Positions 6,505-16,111 of a DNA stretch of 32,000 nt are shown here, piece after piece. Where the stretch lies: NCBI RefSeq assembly GCF_000021865.1, contig NC_014034.1:3000001-3032000 (forward strand). Reading direction: 5' to 3'. The translations under genes and the position numbers were made by a program. Position 1 is the first letter of the stretch, and every line of letters begins with the position of its first letter. The notes beneath the pieces were generated by a model, which searched no databases, was not told the DNA's origin, and saw only the letters and a program-made list of their open reading frames with translations. The DNA is from Rhodobacter capsulatus SB 1003. Lineage in GTDB: Bacteria > Pseudomonadota > Alphaproteobacteria > Rhodobacterales > Rhodobacteraceae.

Positions 6505-8211
6505 ATGACTCTTCCCAATCTGGCTCCCATTCCGGAGCTTTATGTTTCCCACGAATCCGCCCAGAAGCTGAAGATCGAAGCGGGCAACCTGCCGTCCTGG
6601 GACCTGACGCCGCGGCAGATCTGCGACCTTGAACTCTTGATGAACGGCGGTTTCTTCCCGCTGAAAGGCTTTCTGGGCGAGGCCGATTACGACGGCGTCG
6701 TGGAGAACATGCGTCTGGCCGATGGCACGCTTTGGCCGATGCCGATCACGCTCGACGTGACCGAGAAATTCGCCGAAGGCATCGCGCCGGGCCAGGACAT
6801 CGCGCTGCGCGATCAGGAAGGCGTGATTTTGGCGATCCTGTCGGTCACCGACAAATGGGTGCCGAACAAGGCCAAGGAAGCCGAAAAGGTCTTTGGCGCC
6901 GATGATCTGGCGCATCCGGCGGTGAATTACCTGCACAACACCGCGGGCGCGATCTATCTGGGCGGGCCGATCACCGGCATCCAGCAGCCCGTGCATTATG
7001 ATTTCAAGGGCCGCCGCGACACGCCGAACGAGCTGCGCGCCTATTTCCGCAAGCTGGGCTGGCAAAAGATCGTCGCCTTCCAGACCCGCAACCCGCTGCA
7101 CCGCGCGCATCAGGAACTGACCTTCCGCGCCGCCCGCGAGGCGCAGGCGAACCTGCTGATCCACCCCGTCGTCGGCATGACGAAACCGGGCGATGTCGAT
7201 CACTTCACCCGGGTGCGCTGCTATGAAGCCGTGCTCGATCAATACCCGCAATCGACCACGACGATGAGCCTTCTGAACCTGGCGATGCGGATGGCGGGCC
7301 CGCGCGAGGCGGTCTGGCACGGGCTGATTCGCAAGAACCACGGCGTCACCCATTTCATCGTCGGCCGCGACCACGCCGGTCCCGGCAAGAACAGCCAGGG
7401 CGTCGATTTCTACGGCCCCTATGATGCGCAGACCCTTTTCAAGCAATATGAAGAGGAAATCGGCGTCACCATGGTCGATTTCAAGCACATGGTCTATGTG
7501 CAGGAAAAGGCGCAATATTACCCGGCGAACGAAGTGCCGGAGGGCTGCACCGTCCTGGACATCTCGGGCACCGAACTGCGCCGCCGTCTGCGCGAGGGGC
7601 TTGATATCCCGGAATGGTTCAGCTTCCCGCAGGTGGTCGCAGAGCTGCGCCGCACCTCGCCTGCGCGGGCCAAACAGGGCTTCACCGTCTTCTTCACCGG
7701 CCTCTCGGGCTCGGGCAAATCGACGATCGCGAACGCGCTGATGGTCAAGCTGATGGAGATGGGCGGGCGTCCGGTGACGCTGCTTGACGGTGATGTGGTG
7801 CGCAAGCATCTGTCCTCGGAACTCGGCTTCTCGAAAGAGCACCGCGACATCAACATCAAGCGCATCGGCTATGTCGCCTCGGAAATCACCAAGAACGGCG
7901 GCATCGCGATCTGCGCGCCGATCGCGCCCTATACCGCGACCCGCCGCGCCGTGCGCGAGATGATCGAGGCCTATGGCGCCTTTGTCGAAGTGCATGTGGC
8001 GACCTCGCTTGAAGAATGCGAAAGCCGCGACCGCAAGGGGCTTTACAAGCTCGCCCGCGAAGGCAAGATCAAGGAATTCACCGGCATTTCCGACCCTTAC
8101 GAAGTGCCCACGAGCCCGGAACTGGCCGTCGACACCACCGGCGTCGATGTCGATCACTGCGCGCATCAGGTGATCCTGAAGCTGGAATCGATGGGCCTGA
8201 TCAAGGCGTAA
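6505..8211 (+). CDS. sat: Bifunctional sulfate adenylyltransferase / adenylylsulfate kinase (Sat-CysC fusion)
   Basis: Start taken at ATG 6505 (MTLPNLAPIPELYV). ATP-sulfurylase motifs QTRNPLHRAH and GRDHAG. The C-terminal APS kinase has P-loop GLSGSGKSTIA. The 58-codon N-terminal extension of ORF 6331 is Arg/Pro-rich and was rejected. Confidence 0.92.
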   Translation: MTLPNLAPIPELYVSHESAQKLKIEAGNLPSWDLTPRQICDLELLMNGGFFPLKGFLGEADYDGVVENMRLADGTLWPMPITLDVTEKFAEGIAPGQDIALRDQEGVILAILSVTDKWVPNKAKEAEKVFGADDLAHPAVNYLHNTAGAIYLGGPITGIQQPVHYDFKGRRDTPNELRAYFRKLGWQKIVAFQTRNPLHRAHQELTFRAAREAQANLLIHPVVGMTKPGDVDHFTRVRCYEAVLDQYPQSTTTMSLLNLAMRMAGPREAVWHGLIRKNHGVTHFIVGRDHAGPGKNSQGVDFYGPYDAQTLFKQYEEEIGVTMVDFKHMVYVQEKAQYYPANEVPEGCTVLDISGTELRRRLREGLDIPEWFSFPQVVAELRRTSPARAKQGFTVFFTGLSGSGKSTIANALMVKLMEMGGRPVTLLDGDVVRKHLSSELGFSKEHRDINIKRIGYVASEITKNGGIAICAPIAPYTATRRAVREMIEAYGAFVEVHVATSLEECESRDRKGLYKLAREGKIKEFTGISDPYEVPTSPELAVDTTGVDVDHCAHQVILKLESMGLIKA

Positions 8212-8231
8212 GCCTTTCGAAAGACACAGGA

Positions 8232-8260
8232 AACGCCCCGGGAAACCCCGGGGCGTTTTG
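8232..8260 (+). terminator. Rho-independent terminator of sat-cysC
   Basis: ACGCCCCGG-GAAAC-CCGGGGCGT followed by TTTTGCTTTTG. Confidence 0.85.
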
Positions 8261-8282
8261 CTTTTGCCCCGTGCTTCAGCTT

Positions 8283-8486
8283 GGCCGCGGCCCGTGACGC
8301 GGCCATGCGAGACATGCGCCCCAGGACCCCGGGGGCCCAAAGGCCCCCGGGCAGCGCCCGCCCCGCCCATGGCGGGCGCTTCTCGCCCGCCGGGGCAGGC
8401 GCCGCCCTCTGGTGTGCATGGGGCAGGCGGTCCTGTTGCGGCCGGGGGACACCGGGCGGGGAAATCCCCTGCCGCCCCTGTCGCGA
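8283..8486 (+). repeat. GC-rich structured intergenic repeat, family B, copy 2
   Basis: The 45-nt core 8352-8396 is identical to the reverse complement of 436-480. Hairpins lie at 8283-8289/8298-8304 and at 8328-8337/8342-8351 (loop CAAA). It sits between the sat terminator and the stop of the convergent DUF1150 gene. Confidence 0.7.
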
Positions 8487-8500
8487 TGATGTCGAGCGGT

Positions 8501-8728
8501 TCAGTGCACGCTGACCGCGGTGATCTCGTTTTGCCGCGCCAGCACGAAGGCCATCTCGCGGTCCTTCACCAGCGCCAGCCGCTCGCCGTTGATGTTGTGC
8601 AGCGCATACATGTGGTCGATATGGCCCACCCGGTCGCGGATTTCGGCCGGGATTTCGGTCACCGGGACCGGCCGGACATAAACAATGCGCTCGCCCGCGG
8701 CGACGTCGAAGTCAGCTCTGTGATCCAT
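8501..8728 (-). CDS. DUF1150-family small protein (Hsp20-associated)
   Basis: 75 aa, MDHRADFDVAAGERIVYVRPV...LALVKDREMAFVLARQNEI. It lies 10 nt downstream of hsp20, the usual partner arrangement for DUF1150 in alphaproteobacteria. Confidence 0.8.
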   Translation of the reverse strand: MDHRADFDVAAGERIVYVRPVPVTEIPAEIRDRVGHIDHMYALHNINGERLALVKDREMAFVLARQNEITAVSVH

Positions 8729-8737
8729 GATGCCCCC

Positions 8738-9151
8738 TTATTTTCTGCGGATCGGAATCGTCTGCACCACCGGCTCGGGCTGGGCCCGTTTCAGCTCGAC
8801 GTGCAGCAGGCCATTTTCCAGCGCGGCCCCCGAGACCTCGACGCCATCGGCCAGCACGAAGCTGCGCTGAAAGGCGCGGGCCGCGATGCCGCGGTGCAGG
8901 AAGATGCGCTCGGACCCGTCATCGGCCTGTCGGCCGCGGATGACCAGGGCGCGATCCTCCATGGTGATCGCCAGATCGGCCTCGGCAAAGCCCGCCACCG
9001 CCAGGGTGATGCGGAATTCGTCCGGTCCCGATTGCTCGATATTGTAGGGCGGATAGGCGTCGGACCCGGATTTTGCGGTCCGTTCGACAAGGCGCTCCAG
9101 CTGGTCGAAGCCCAGCAGATAAGGATGTGCGCCGAAGCTCAGTTTCGTCAT
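8738..9151 (-). CDS. ibpA: Hsp20/alpha-crystallin small heat-shock protein (IbpA-like)
   Basis: The ATG at 9151 gives 137 aa, MTKLSFGAHPYLLGFDQLERL...PPYNIEQSGPDEFRITLAVAGF...ENGLLHVEL, an alpha-crystallin domain. The longer 254-aa ORF start was rejected. Confidence 0.92.
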   Translation of the reverse strand: MTKLSFGAHPYLLGFDQLERLVERTAKSGSDAYPPYNIEQSGPDEFRITLAVAGFAEADLAITMEDRALVIRGRQADDGSERIFLHRGIAARAFQRSFVLADGVEVSGAALENGLLHVELKRAQPEPVVQTIPIRRK

Positions 9152-9214
9152 TGGCAAGCCCTTTGGAAAGCGACGTTGCATGTGGACCCCGCAAGGCGGC
9201 AGCCCCATGCTCAG

Positions 9215-9243
9215 GATATGGGCAGCCCGCCCGCAGGTGCAAG
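9215..9243 (-). promoter_or_regulatory. Sigma-32-type promoter of hsp20-DUF1150
   Basis: The minus strand reads CTTGCAC (9243-9237), a 14-nt spacer, then CCCATATC (9222-9215), about 60 nt upstream of the hsp20 ATG. Confidence 0.55.
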
Positions 9244-9373
9244 GGGGCGGCGGCGCGTCGCAGTCAGGAAATTTCCCGCAAGGCCCGCGGATTTGATATG
9301 ATCGGACAAAAGCGGGGCGAGTCGGGGGGGCTTGGCTCTGCTTGTCTGTCTCAGCCGGTGATCGGACCATGCC

Positions 9374-9604
9374 ATGAATGCTCATATCGACAGCCCGATC
9401 GAGATGAACTCGGACGAGGTATTGCGCGTCAAGCTTGAAGTGCTGCGGCGCGAGCACCGCGATCTGGACGAGGCGATTTCCGCGCTGGTCAACGCCGCCC
9501 ACCCCGATCAGCTGCGGCTGGTGCGGCTGAAAAAGCAGAAACTGGCGCTGAAAGACCAGATCGCCCGGATCGAAGACCGGCTGACCCCCGACATCATCGC
9601 CTGA
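9374..9604 (+). CDS. DUF465 (YdcH-like) small coiled-coil protein
   Basis: 76 aa. The segment LEVLRREHRDLDEAISAL...RLKKQKLALKDQIARIEDRL is typical of DUF465 proteins. Confidence 0.8.
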   Translation: MNAHIDSPIEMNSDEVLRVKLEVLRREHRDLDEAISALVNAAHPDQLRLVRLKKQKLALKDQIARIEDRLTPDIIA

Positions 9605-9658
9605 GACTTGCCCCTGCGGTCGGTCTGCCTATAGTGCCGCCACAGAATGGGGGGCCGA

Positions 9659-10144
9659 ATGGGCGTGAAAGTGGGAATCATCATGGGAAGCCAGTCCGAC
9701 TGGGCGACCCTGCGCGAGGCGGCGACGGTTCTGGATGAACTGGGCGTGGCTTACGAAAAGAAGATCGTCTCGGCGCATCGCACCCCGGACCGGCTCTGGG
9801 CCTATGGCAAGACCGCGGTTGAACGCGGGTTGCAGGTGATCATCGCGGGCGCCGGGGGGGCTGCGCATCTGCCGGGCATGATGGCCTCGAAAACCCGCGT
9901 GCCGGTCGTCGGCGTGCCGGTGCAGACGAAGGCGCTGGCGGGCGTCGACAGTCTTTATTCGATCGTGCAGATGCCCAAAGGCTTTCCCGTCGCCACGATG
10001 GCGATCGGCGCTGCGGGCGCGGCCAATGCCGGGCTGATGGCGGCGGGGATCCTCGCGCTGCAGGATCCCGACCTTGCAACCCGGCTCGATGCCTGGCGCG
10101 AGGCCCTTTCCGCCTCCATTCCCGACGAGCCGCAAGATGACTGA
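9659..10144 (+). CDS. purE: 5-(carboxyamino)imidazole ribonucleotide mutase
   Basis: Motifs [11 protein letters not shown] and [10 protein letters not shown]. Start taken at ATG 9659 (G-rich SD-like run just upstream); ATG 9647 is an alternative. Confidence 0.93.
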   Translation: MGVKVGIIMGSQSDWATLREAATVLDELGVAYEKKIVSAHRTPDRLWAYGKTAVERGLQVIIAGAGGAAHLPGMMASKTRVPVVGVPVQTKALAGVDSLYSIVQMPKGFPVATMAIGAAGAANAGLMAAGILALQDPDLATRLDAWREALSASIPDEPQDD

Positions 10145-11201
10145 GATGCTGAAACCGGGCGCCACCATCGGCATTCTGGGCGGCGGGCAGCTGGGGCGGA
10201 TGCTCTCGGTCGCGGCCTCGCGCCTTGGTCTGACATGCGCGATCTTCGAACCCGGCGCCAATCCGCCCGCGGGTCAGGTCGCCGACCGGGTCTTTACCGC
10301 GCCCTATGACGACGAAGCCGCCCTGCGGGCCTTTGCCGAAGCGGTCGATGTCATCACCTATGAATTCGAGAACATCCCGACCTCGGCGCTCGATCTGCTG
10401 GAAAGCCTGCGTCCGATCCGGCCGGGGCGCAAGGCGCTGGCCACCTCGCAGGACCGGATCCTGGAAAAGTCGTTCCTGAACGGCATCGGCCTGACCACCG
10501 CGCCCTGGGCCGAGGTGACCGATGCCGCTTCGCTGGATGCCGCGATTGCACAGATCGGCACGCCCTCGATCCTGAAGACGACGCGGCTGGGCTATGACGG
10601 CAAGGGGCAGGCGCGGATCATGACCCCCGCCGACGCGCCCGGGGCGCTGGCCGCGATGGGCGGGGCAACGGCGGTTCTGGAAGGCTTCGTCGATTTCAGC
10701 GCCGAAATTTCGGTGATCGCCGCACGCGGGCTGGACGGGTCGATTGCCTGTTTCGATCCGGGCGAGAACGTGCACAAGTCGGGCATCCTGCATACGACGA
10801 CCGTGCCCGCCCGCATCCCCCCTGCCCTGCGCTCGGATGCGGTGCTGGTGGCGGCGCGGATCCTCAATGCGCTGGATTACGTCGGCGTGCTGGGGGTCGA
10901 GCTTTTCGTGACGCCCGCGGGCCTTCTGGTGAACGAGATCGCGCCGCGGGTGCATAATTCCGGGCACTGGACACAGGCGGGCTGCGCCGTCGATCAGTTC
11001 GAACAGCATATCCGCGCGGTCGCGGGCTGGCCGCTCGGCGATGGCGGGCGCTATGCCGATGTCGAGATGCTGAACCTGATCGGCGCCGACGTGGACCGCA
11101 TCCCCGAATTTGCCCGGGCAAAGAACACGCAGATCCATCTTTACGGCAAGGCCGAAGCCAAGCCGGGTCGCAAGATGGGCCATGTGAACCGCATTCTCTG
11201 A
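10137..11201 (+). CDS. purK: 5-(carboxyamino)imidazole ribonucleotide synthase (ATP-grasp)
   Basis: The ATG at 10137 overlaps the purE stop (ATGACTGA). The product is [23 protein letters not shown], with an ATP-grasp body and C-terminal RKMGHVN. Confidence 0.93.
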   Translation: MTEMLKPGATIGILGGGQLGRMLSVAASRLGLTCAIFEPGANPPAGQVADRVFTAPYDDEAALRAFAEAVDVITYEFENIPTSALDLLESLRPIRPGRKALATSQDRILEKSFLNGIGLTTAPWAEVTDAASLDAAIAQIGTPSILKTTRLGYDGKGQARIMTPADAPGALAAMGGATAVLEGFVDFSAEISVIAARGLDGSIACFDPGENVHKSGILHTTTVPARIPPALRSDAVLVAARILNALDYVGVLGVELFVTPAGLLVNEIAPRVHNSGHWTQAGCAVDQFEQHIRAVAGWPLGDGGRYADVEMLNLIGADVDRIPEFARAKNTQIHLYGKAEAKPGRKMGHVNRIL

Positions 11202-11211
11202 CCGCGGCAGC

Positions 11212-11337
11212 GGGGGCTGTCTGCCCCCGCACCCCCGAGGATATTTCCGCCAAGGTGAAAACAACGCCCTTTCACCTTGGGACAATAGTCCCGGGGGGAG
11301 ACTTGCCGCAGGCAAGAGGGGGGCAGCGCCCCCCTGC
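11212..11337 (+). repeat. Nested-palindrome intergenic repeat, family A, copy 2
   Basis: GGGGGC-TGTCT-GCCCCC (11212-11228). CCCCCGAGGATATTTCCGCCAAGGTGAAA...TTTCACCTTGGGACAATAGTCCCGGGGGG (11232-11298). GGGGGGCAGCGCCCCCC (11318-11334). It fills the purK/hydrolase convergent gap. Confidence 0.8.
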
Positions 11338-11342
11338 CCGGC

Positions 11343-12068
11343 TCACGGCAGGGCCAGCCGCTGCAAGGCCGCGCCCCAGCCCGGCACCGGCTCGAACTGG
11401 CCCGTGTCCAGAAATGCCAGCACTTCGACGATCACCCTTGGATCATCCATCATCCAGGTGTGGGTGACCGGCAGCACGAGGAAATCCCGCATCCCCGCCT
11501 GTTTCGCGCTTGCGACCGAGACCTTGCCGTCATCCGGTCCCGGGATCAGCCAGGAGGTGATCGGGTTCAGGCTGTCCGAGCCCGCGATCACCGCGAAATC
11601 GAACCGCGGCACGGCCAGGCGCGCGGGCGCATCGGTGGCGCCGGTGCCAAGCGCCAGCCCCGCCGGGCCGTTCATCCAGCCAAACCAGGCCTGATCGCGA
11701 AAGGTGTCGACGATCTCGGACCCGCCATTCGGCGGCGCCAGCATCACCGCGCGGCGGATGCGCGGGGCGTTTTCCCCGCGCTCGGCCCAGATCTGCAGCA
11801 GGATGCCGCCCATCGAATGCGTCACCACATCGACCGGCCCCGGCCCGCAGGCGGTAAAGCCCGCCTCGATCCGGTCCGCCAGCTGCGCCACCGTCTCCCT
11901 CGTCGAAGGATAGCCAAGGTTCACCACCCGCCTGCCCCGCGCTTCCAGCACCCGCTCCAGCACGAAAAGCGAGCGCGGGCTGCGGGCAAGCCCATGCAGC
12001 AGCACGACGCAATCGGCCGCGGCCGGGGCGGCAGTCAGACAGAAAAGCAGAAAGGCCCGGATCAGCAT
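11343..12068 (-). CDS. Secreted alpha/beta-fold hydrolase (esterase/lipase-like)
   Basis: 241 aa. N-terminal signal-like [18 protein letters not shown], then HGLARS and the nucleophile elbow HSMGG. Confidence 0.8.
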   Translation of the reverse strand: MLIRAFLLFCLTAAPAAADCVVLLHGLARSPRSLFVLERVLEARGRRVVNLGYPSTRETVAQLADRIEAGFTACGPGPVDVVTHSMGGILLQIWAERGENAPRIRRAVMLAPPNGGSEIVDTFRDQAWFGWMNGPAGLALGTGATDAPARLAVPRFDFAVIAGSDSLNPITSWLIPGPDDGKVSVASAKQAGMRDFLVLPVTHTWMMDDPRVIVEVLAFLDTGQFEPVPGWGAALQRLALP

Positions 12069-12107
12069 GACCCGAGCCTTGTCGAATTCCCCCGGCCTGT
12101 CCAGCGG

Positions 12108-13127
12108 TTACAGCGTCGAATAAAGCCCCTCGTAGATCGGCACCAGCGTGTCGGTCTCGAACAGCGACGACACCGACGTGCCCGACCAGGTGTTCAGGAT
12201 CGCCTGCGCGAACATCGGTGCGGTCGGCACGATGCGGATGTTGCGGGCGTTCTTCACCTCTTCGGTGGGCTCGATCGAATCGGTGATGACCAGCGATTTC
12301 ATCACCGAATTCTCCACCCGCTCCACCGCCGGGCCCGACAGGACGCCGTGGGTGATATAGGCATGCACCTCGGTCGCGCCCGCCTCCATCAGCGTCTCGG
12401 CCGCCTTGCACAAAGTCCCCGCCGTGTCGCAGATGTCATCGACGATGATGCATTTCTTGCCGGTGACCTCGCCGATCACCGTCATCCCCGCGACCTCGCC
12501 CGCCTTTTCGCGGCGCTTGTCGACGATGGCGAGCGGCGCCCCGATCCGTTTGGCCAGTTCCCGCGCCCGTGCCACCCCGCCCACGTCGGGCGAAATCACC
12601 ATCAGATCTTCCCGCGCGCCCTTGAAATTGTGCAGGATATCAAGGGCAAAGACCGGCGCGGCGTAAAGGTTGTCCACCGGGATGTCGAAAAAGCCCTGAA
12701 TCTGCGTCGCGTGCAGATCGAGCGTCAGGACGCGGTCCACCCCGGCTTCCGTCAGCAGGTTCGCCACCAGTTTCGCCGAAATCGGCGTGCGGGCCTTGGC
12801 GCGGCGATCCTGCCGGGCATAGCCGAAATAGGGGATGACGGCGGTGATCCGATCCGCCGAGGAGCGCTTGAGCGCATCGGTCATGATCAGCAGTTCCATC
12901 AGGTTGTCATTCGCCGGGTTGGAGGTCGGCTGGATGATGTACATGTCCTCGCCGCGGACGTTTTCGTAAACCTCGACGAAGATTTCCTGATCGTTGAAGC
13001 GCTCGACGCGGGCATCGACCAGCCCCACCGACATGCCGCGATGCATCGACATCCGCCGCGCGATGGCCTGCGCCAGCGGCCGGTTCGCATTGCCGGAAAT
13101 GAGCTTCGGTTCGGTCATCGCAGCCAT
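12108..13127 (-). CDS. prs: Ribose-phosphate pyrophosphokinase (PRPP synthetase)
   Basis: 339 aa. Motifs [21 protein letters not shown] and the PRPP loop [20 protein letters not shown] lies 6 nt before ATG 13127; ATG 13118 is an alternative. Confidence 0.95.
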   Translation of the reverse strand: MAAMTEPKLISGNANRPLAQAIARRMSMHRGMSVGLVDARVERFNDQEIFVEVYENVRGEDMYIIQPTSNPANDNLMELLIMTDALKRSSADRITAVIPYFGYARQDRRAKARTPISAKLVANLLTEAGVDRVLTLDLHATQIQGFFDIPVDNLYAAPVFALDILHNFKGAREDLMVISPDVGGVARARELAKRIGAPLAIVDKRREKAGEVAGMTVIGEVTGKKCIIVDDICDTAGTLCKAAETLMEAGATEVHAYITHGVLSGPAVERVENSVMKSLVITDSIEPTEEVKNARNIRIVPTAPMFAQAILNTWSGTSVSSLFETDTLVPIYEGLYSTL

Positions 13128-13234
13128 GGCAGTTCCTTTCTTGCCGCTGCGGCAGCAGCGGATTCGGCGGATTGCGCCTGCCTTAGCACCGGGCTAGCCT
13201 GCCCGCAAACCTTGCAAGCCGGGGGAGCGATAAG

Positions 13235-13846
13235 ATGGCGCAGATTGATTACTTTTTCTCGGTGTTCAGCCCCTGGACCTATCTGGCCGGGGACCGGCTG
13301 GAACGGATCGCCGCGAAACATGGCGCGGCCATCAGGTACAGGCCGCTGGACGTGCTGGCGCTGTTTGACCGCACCGGCGGCGTGCGGCCCGCCGCGCGGC
13401 ATCCGGCGCGGATGGCCTACCGCAATCAGGAGCTGGCGCGGTGGGCGCAGCATCTGGGGATGGAGATGAACGTCAAGCCCACGATCTATCCGCCGAATGC
13501 GGCGCCGGGGTCCTATGCCGTGATCGCGGCGCAGGCAGAGGCGGCGAAAGGGGGCGGCGGCGATGTCGGCGCGCTGGTGCGGGCGATCCTGCGCGCCCTT
13601 TGGGTCGAGGATCGCAACATCGGCGAAGATGAGGTGCTGCGCGAAAAGCTGGCCGAGACCGGGTTCGATCCGAACCTCGTCACCACCGGGCTTTTCACCG
13701 GCGCGATGGCCTATGAGAAGAACCTGGAAGAGGCGGTGGATCGCGGCGTCTTTGGCGCCCCCTTTTATATCGTCCGCGAAACCGATCAGCGCTTCTGGGG
13801 GCAGGACCGGCTTGAGTTCCTTGACGCGCATCTGGGGACGCTCTGA
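13235..13846 (+). CDS. 2-hydroxychromene-2-carboxylate isomerase / DsbA-like thioredoxin-fold protein
   Basis: 203 aa. The N-terminus IDYFFSVFSPWTYL and the C-terminal FGAPFYIV...RFWGQDRLEFL are typical of the HCCA isomerase family. Confidence 0.8.
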   Translation: MAQIDYFFSVFSPWTYLAGDRLERIAAKHGAAIRYRPLDVLALFDRTGGVRPAARHPARMAYRNQELARWAQHLGMEMNVKPTIYPPNAAPGSYAVIAAQAEAAKGGGGDVGALVRAILRALWVEDRNIGEDEVLREKLAETGFDPNLVTTGLFTGAMAYEKNLEEAVDRGVFGAPFYIVRETDQRFWGQDRLEFLDAHLGTL

Positions 13847-14658
13847 TGCCCAAGGACATCCGGCAGGGGCAAGAGATCTTCTGGCAAAGCTTTGGCAGCG
13901 GCCCGCGGCCGATGCTGGCCATTCACTGCACCCTTGGCACTTCCGGCCTTTGGGGGCCGGTGCTGGAGCCCCTGGGCGAGACTGTCACCGCGACGAGTTT
14001 CGATCAGCCGGGGCATGGGCAATCCGCCGACTGGTCGGCCGAGGGGGCGGAACCGGGCGCATTTCAGCGGCTGGTGACGCAGATCGCGGCCAGTTTCATC
14101 GACCGGCCGCTGGATCTGGTGGGCCACAGTTTCGGCGCCTCGGTGGCGCTGCGGCTGGCGGTGGCGGCGCCTGATGCGATCCGCTCGCTGACACTGATCG
14201 AGCCGGTGCTGTTCCGCGCCGTCGAGGGCAGCGCCGATTGGGTCGCCCTGCGCGGCCATCAGGACCATTTCGAGACGCTGATCGCCGCGGGCGATCACGA
14301 CACCGCCGCGCGCGGCTTCATGGGCGCCTGGGGCGCGGGCGTGCCTTGGGAGGATCTGCCCGCGCATCACCGCGCCCGCTTTGCCGCGCAGATGCCGATG
14401 GTGGGCAATATTTCTTCGGCCAACTTCACCGATCCGGGGCAGATCTGGCGGCAAGACGGGATCGAGGCGATCGACGCGCCGGTGATGATCCTGCATGGCG
14501 ATCAAAGCCCGGCCATCGTCCCCCCGGTCTGCGAGGCGATTGCGGCGCGGCTTTCCGATGTGGGGGTGGCCTGCATTCCGGGCGGCGGGCACATGCTGCC
14601 CGTGACCCATCCGGCGCAGGTCCGCGATCTGATCGCGATGAACCTCGAGCGCAGTTGA
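13846..14658 (+). CDS. Alpha/beta-fold hydrolase
   Basis: 270 aa. Its start overlaps the previous stop (TGATG). It has the nucleophile elbow GHSFGA and a C-terminal catalytic His context GGGHMLP. Confidence 0.82.
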   Translation: MPKDIRQGQEIFWQSFGSGPRPMLAIHCTLGTSGLWGPVLEPLGETVTATSFDQPGHGQSADWSAEGAEPGAFQRLVTQIAASFIDRPLDLVGHSFGASVALRLAVAAPDAIRSLTLIEPVLFRAVEGSADWVALRGHQDHFETLIAAGDHDTAARGFMGAWGAGVPWEDLPAHHRARFAAQMPMVGNISSANFTDPGQIWRQDGIEAIDAPVMILHGDQSPAIVPPVCEAIAARLSDVGVACIPGGGHMLPVTHPAQVRDLIAMNLERS

Positions 14659-14663
14659 GGAGA

Positions 14664-14695
14664 CGGGAACCGGACGCACCGGTTCCCGCCTTTGG
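14664..14695. terminator. Bidirectional hairpin between the hydrolase gene and fumC
   Basis: CGGGAACCGG-ACGCA-CCGGTTCCCG followed by CCTTTGG, in a 39-nt convergent gap. Confidence 0.65.
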
Positions 14696-14697
14696 CC

Positions 14698-16092
14698 TCA
14701 GCCTTTCGGGCTGATCATGTCTTCCGGGCGCACGACACGGTCGAAGGTCTCGCCATCGACGTAGCCCAGCGCAATCGCTTCCTCGCGCAAAGTCGTGCCG
14801 TTCTTGTGCGCGGTCTTCGCCACCTTGGTCGCGGCGTCATAGCCGATGGTCGGCGCCAGCGCCGTCACCAGCATCAGGCTTTCCTTCATCAGCTTGTCGA
14901 TCCGCGCGGTATTCGCCTGCGTGCCCACCACCATGTTGTCGGTGAAGGCCGAGGCCGAGTCGCCCAGAAGCTGCATCGATTGCAGCACATTGTAGCTCAT
15001 CATCGGGTTGTAGACATTGAGCTCGAAATGGCCCTGCGAGCCCGCAAAGCCGATGGCGGCATCATTGCCCATGACATGGGCGCAGACCATCGTCAGCGCC
15101 TCGGCCTGGGTCGGGTTGACCTTGCCCGGCATGATCGAGCTGCCCGGTTCGTTTTCCGGCAGAATCAGCTCGCCCAGACCCGAGCGCGGGCCGGAGCCGA
15201 GCAGGCGCATGTCGTTCGCGATCTTGAAGAGGCTTGCCGCAATGGTCTTCAGCGCGCCCGAGAAGAACACCATCGCATCATGCGCGGCGAGCGCCTCGAA
15301 CTTGTTCGGCGCGGTGACAAAGGGCAGGCCGGTGATCTCGGCTATCTGCGCGGCGATGCGGGTATCCCAACCGACGCGGGTGTTCAGCCCGGTGCCGACA
15401 GCGGTGCCGCCCTGCGCCAGCTCATAGATATGCGGCAGCGCCAGCTTCACCCGCTCGATGCCGCGGTCAACCTGCGTCGCATAGCCGGAGAATTCCTGAC
15501 CCAGCGTCAGGGGCGTCGCATCCTGCGTATGGGTGCGGCCGATCTTGATGATATCCTTGAACTCTTCCGACTTCGCCCAAAGCGCCTTGGACAGCTTTTC
15601 CAGCCCCGGGATCAGCACGTCGCGCGCATGGCAGGCAATCGCCACATGCATTGCGGTCGGGAAAGTGTCGTTCGAGCTTTGCCCCATGTTCACATGGTCA
15701 TTCGGATGGACGGGCTTTTTCGAGCCCATCACGCCGCCCAGCATCTCGATGGCGCGGTTCGAGATCACCTCGTTCGCGTTCATGTTCGACTGCGTGCCCG
15801 ACCCCGTCTGCCAGACCACCAGCGGGAAGTTGTCGTCGAACTTGCCCTCGATCACCTCGGTCGCGGCGGCGGCAATGGCATCGGCCAAAGCCGGGTCCAG
15901 ATCGCCCTGCGCCTTGTTCACCAGCGCGGCGGCCTTCTTGATCACGCCCAGCGCGCGGATGATCGGTTTCGGCTGACGTTCCCAGCCGATCGGGAAATTC
16001 TGGATCGAGCGCTGCGTCTGCGCGCCCCAATATTTGTCGGCGGGAACCTCCAGCGGACCGAAGCTGTCGGTCTCGGTGCGGGTCGCGGTCAT
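14698..16092 (-). CDS. fumC: Class II fumarate hydratase
   Basis: 464 aa. It carries the [11 protein letters not shown] signature plus the conserved N-terminus [26 protein letters not shown]. Confidence 0.96.
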   Translation of the reverse strand: MTATRTETDSFGPLEVPADKYWGAQTQRSIQNFPIGWERQPKPIIRALGVIKKAAALVNKAQGDLDPALADAIAAAATEVIEGKFDDNFPLVVWQTGSGTQSNMNANEVISNRAIEMLGGVMGSKKPVHPNDHVNMGQSSNDTFPTAMHVAIACHARDVLIPGLEKLSKALWAKSEEFKDIIKIGRTHTQDATPLTLGQEFSGYATQVDRGIERVKLALPHIYELAQGGTAVGTGLNTRVGWDTRIAAQIAEITGLPFVTAPNKFEALAAHDAMVFFSGALKTIAASLFKIANDMRLLGSGPRSGLGELILPENEPGSSIMPGKVNPTQAEALTMVCAHVMGNDAAIGFAGSQGHFELNVYNPMMSYNVLQSMQLLGDSASAFTDNMVVGTQANTARIDKLMKESLMLVTALAPTIGYDAATKVAKTAHKNGTTLREEAIALGYVDGETFDRVVRPEDMISPKG

Positions 16093-16111
16093 CGTGGGCC
16101 TCCGTGATGCG

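Noticed and set aside
6430-8370. A 646-aa ORF antisense to sat-cysC.
   Set aside because: Same reasoning. The plus-strand frame carries the HRAH, GRDHAG and P-loop motifs, and the antisense product is low-complexity Arg/Gly/Asp/His-rich.
8281-8514. A 77-aa ORF covering family-B copy 2, with ORFs 328-642 and 392-763 over copy 1, considered as a possible conserved small protein.
   Set aside because: A 2-nt indel between the copies puts the identical 45-nt core into different reading frames. The products are Arg/Pro/Gly-rich. Conservation is at the nucleotide and structure level, not the protein level.
9152-9214. A ROSE-type RNA thermometer in the hsp20 leader.
   Set aside because: I could not find the characteristic hairpin that masks the SD with a bulged G. 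Only weak 4-bp pairings are present. The promoter is sigma-32-type rather than the sigma-70 type usual for ROSE genes.
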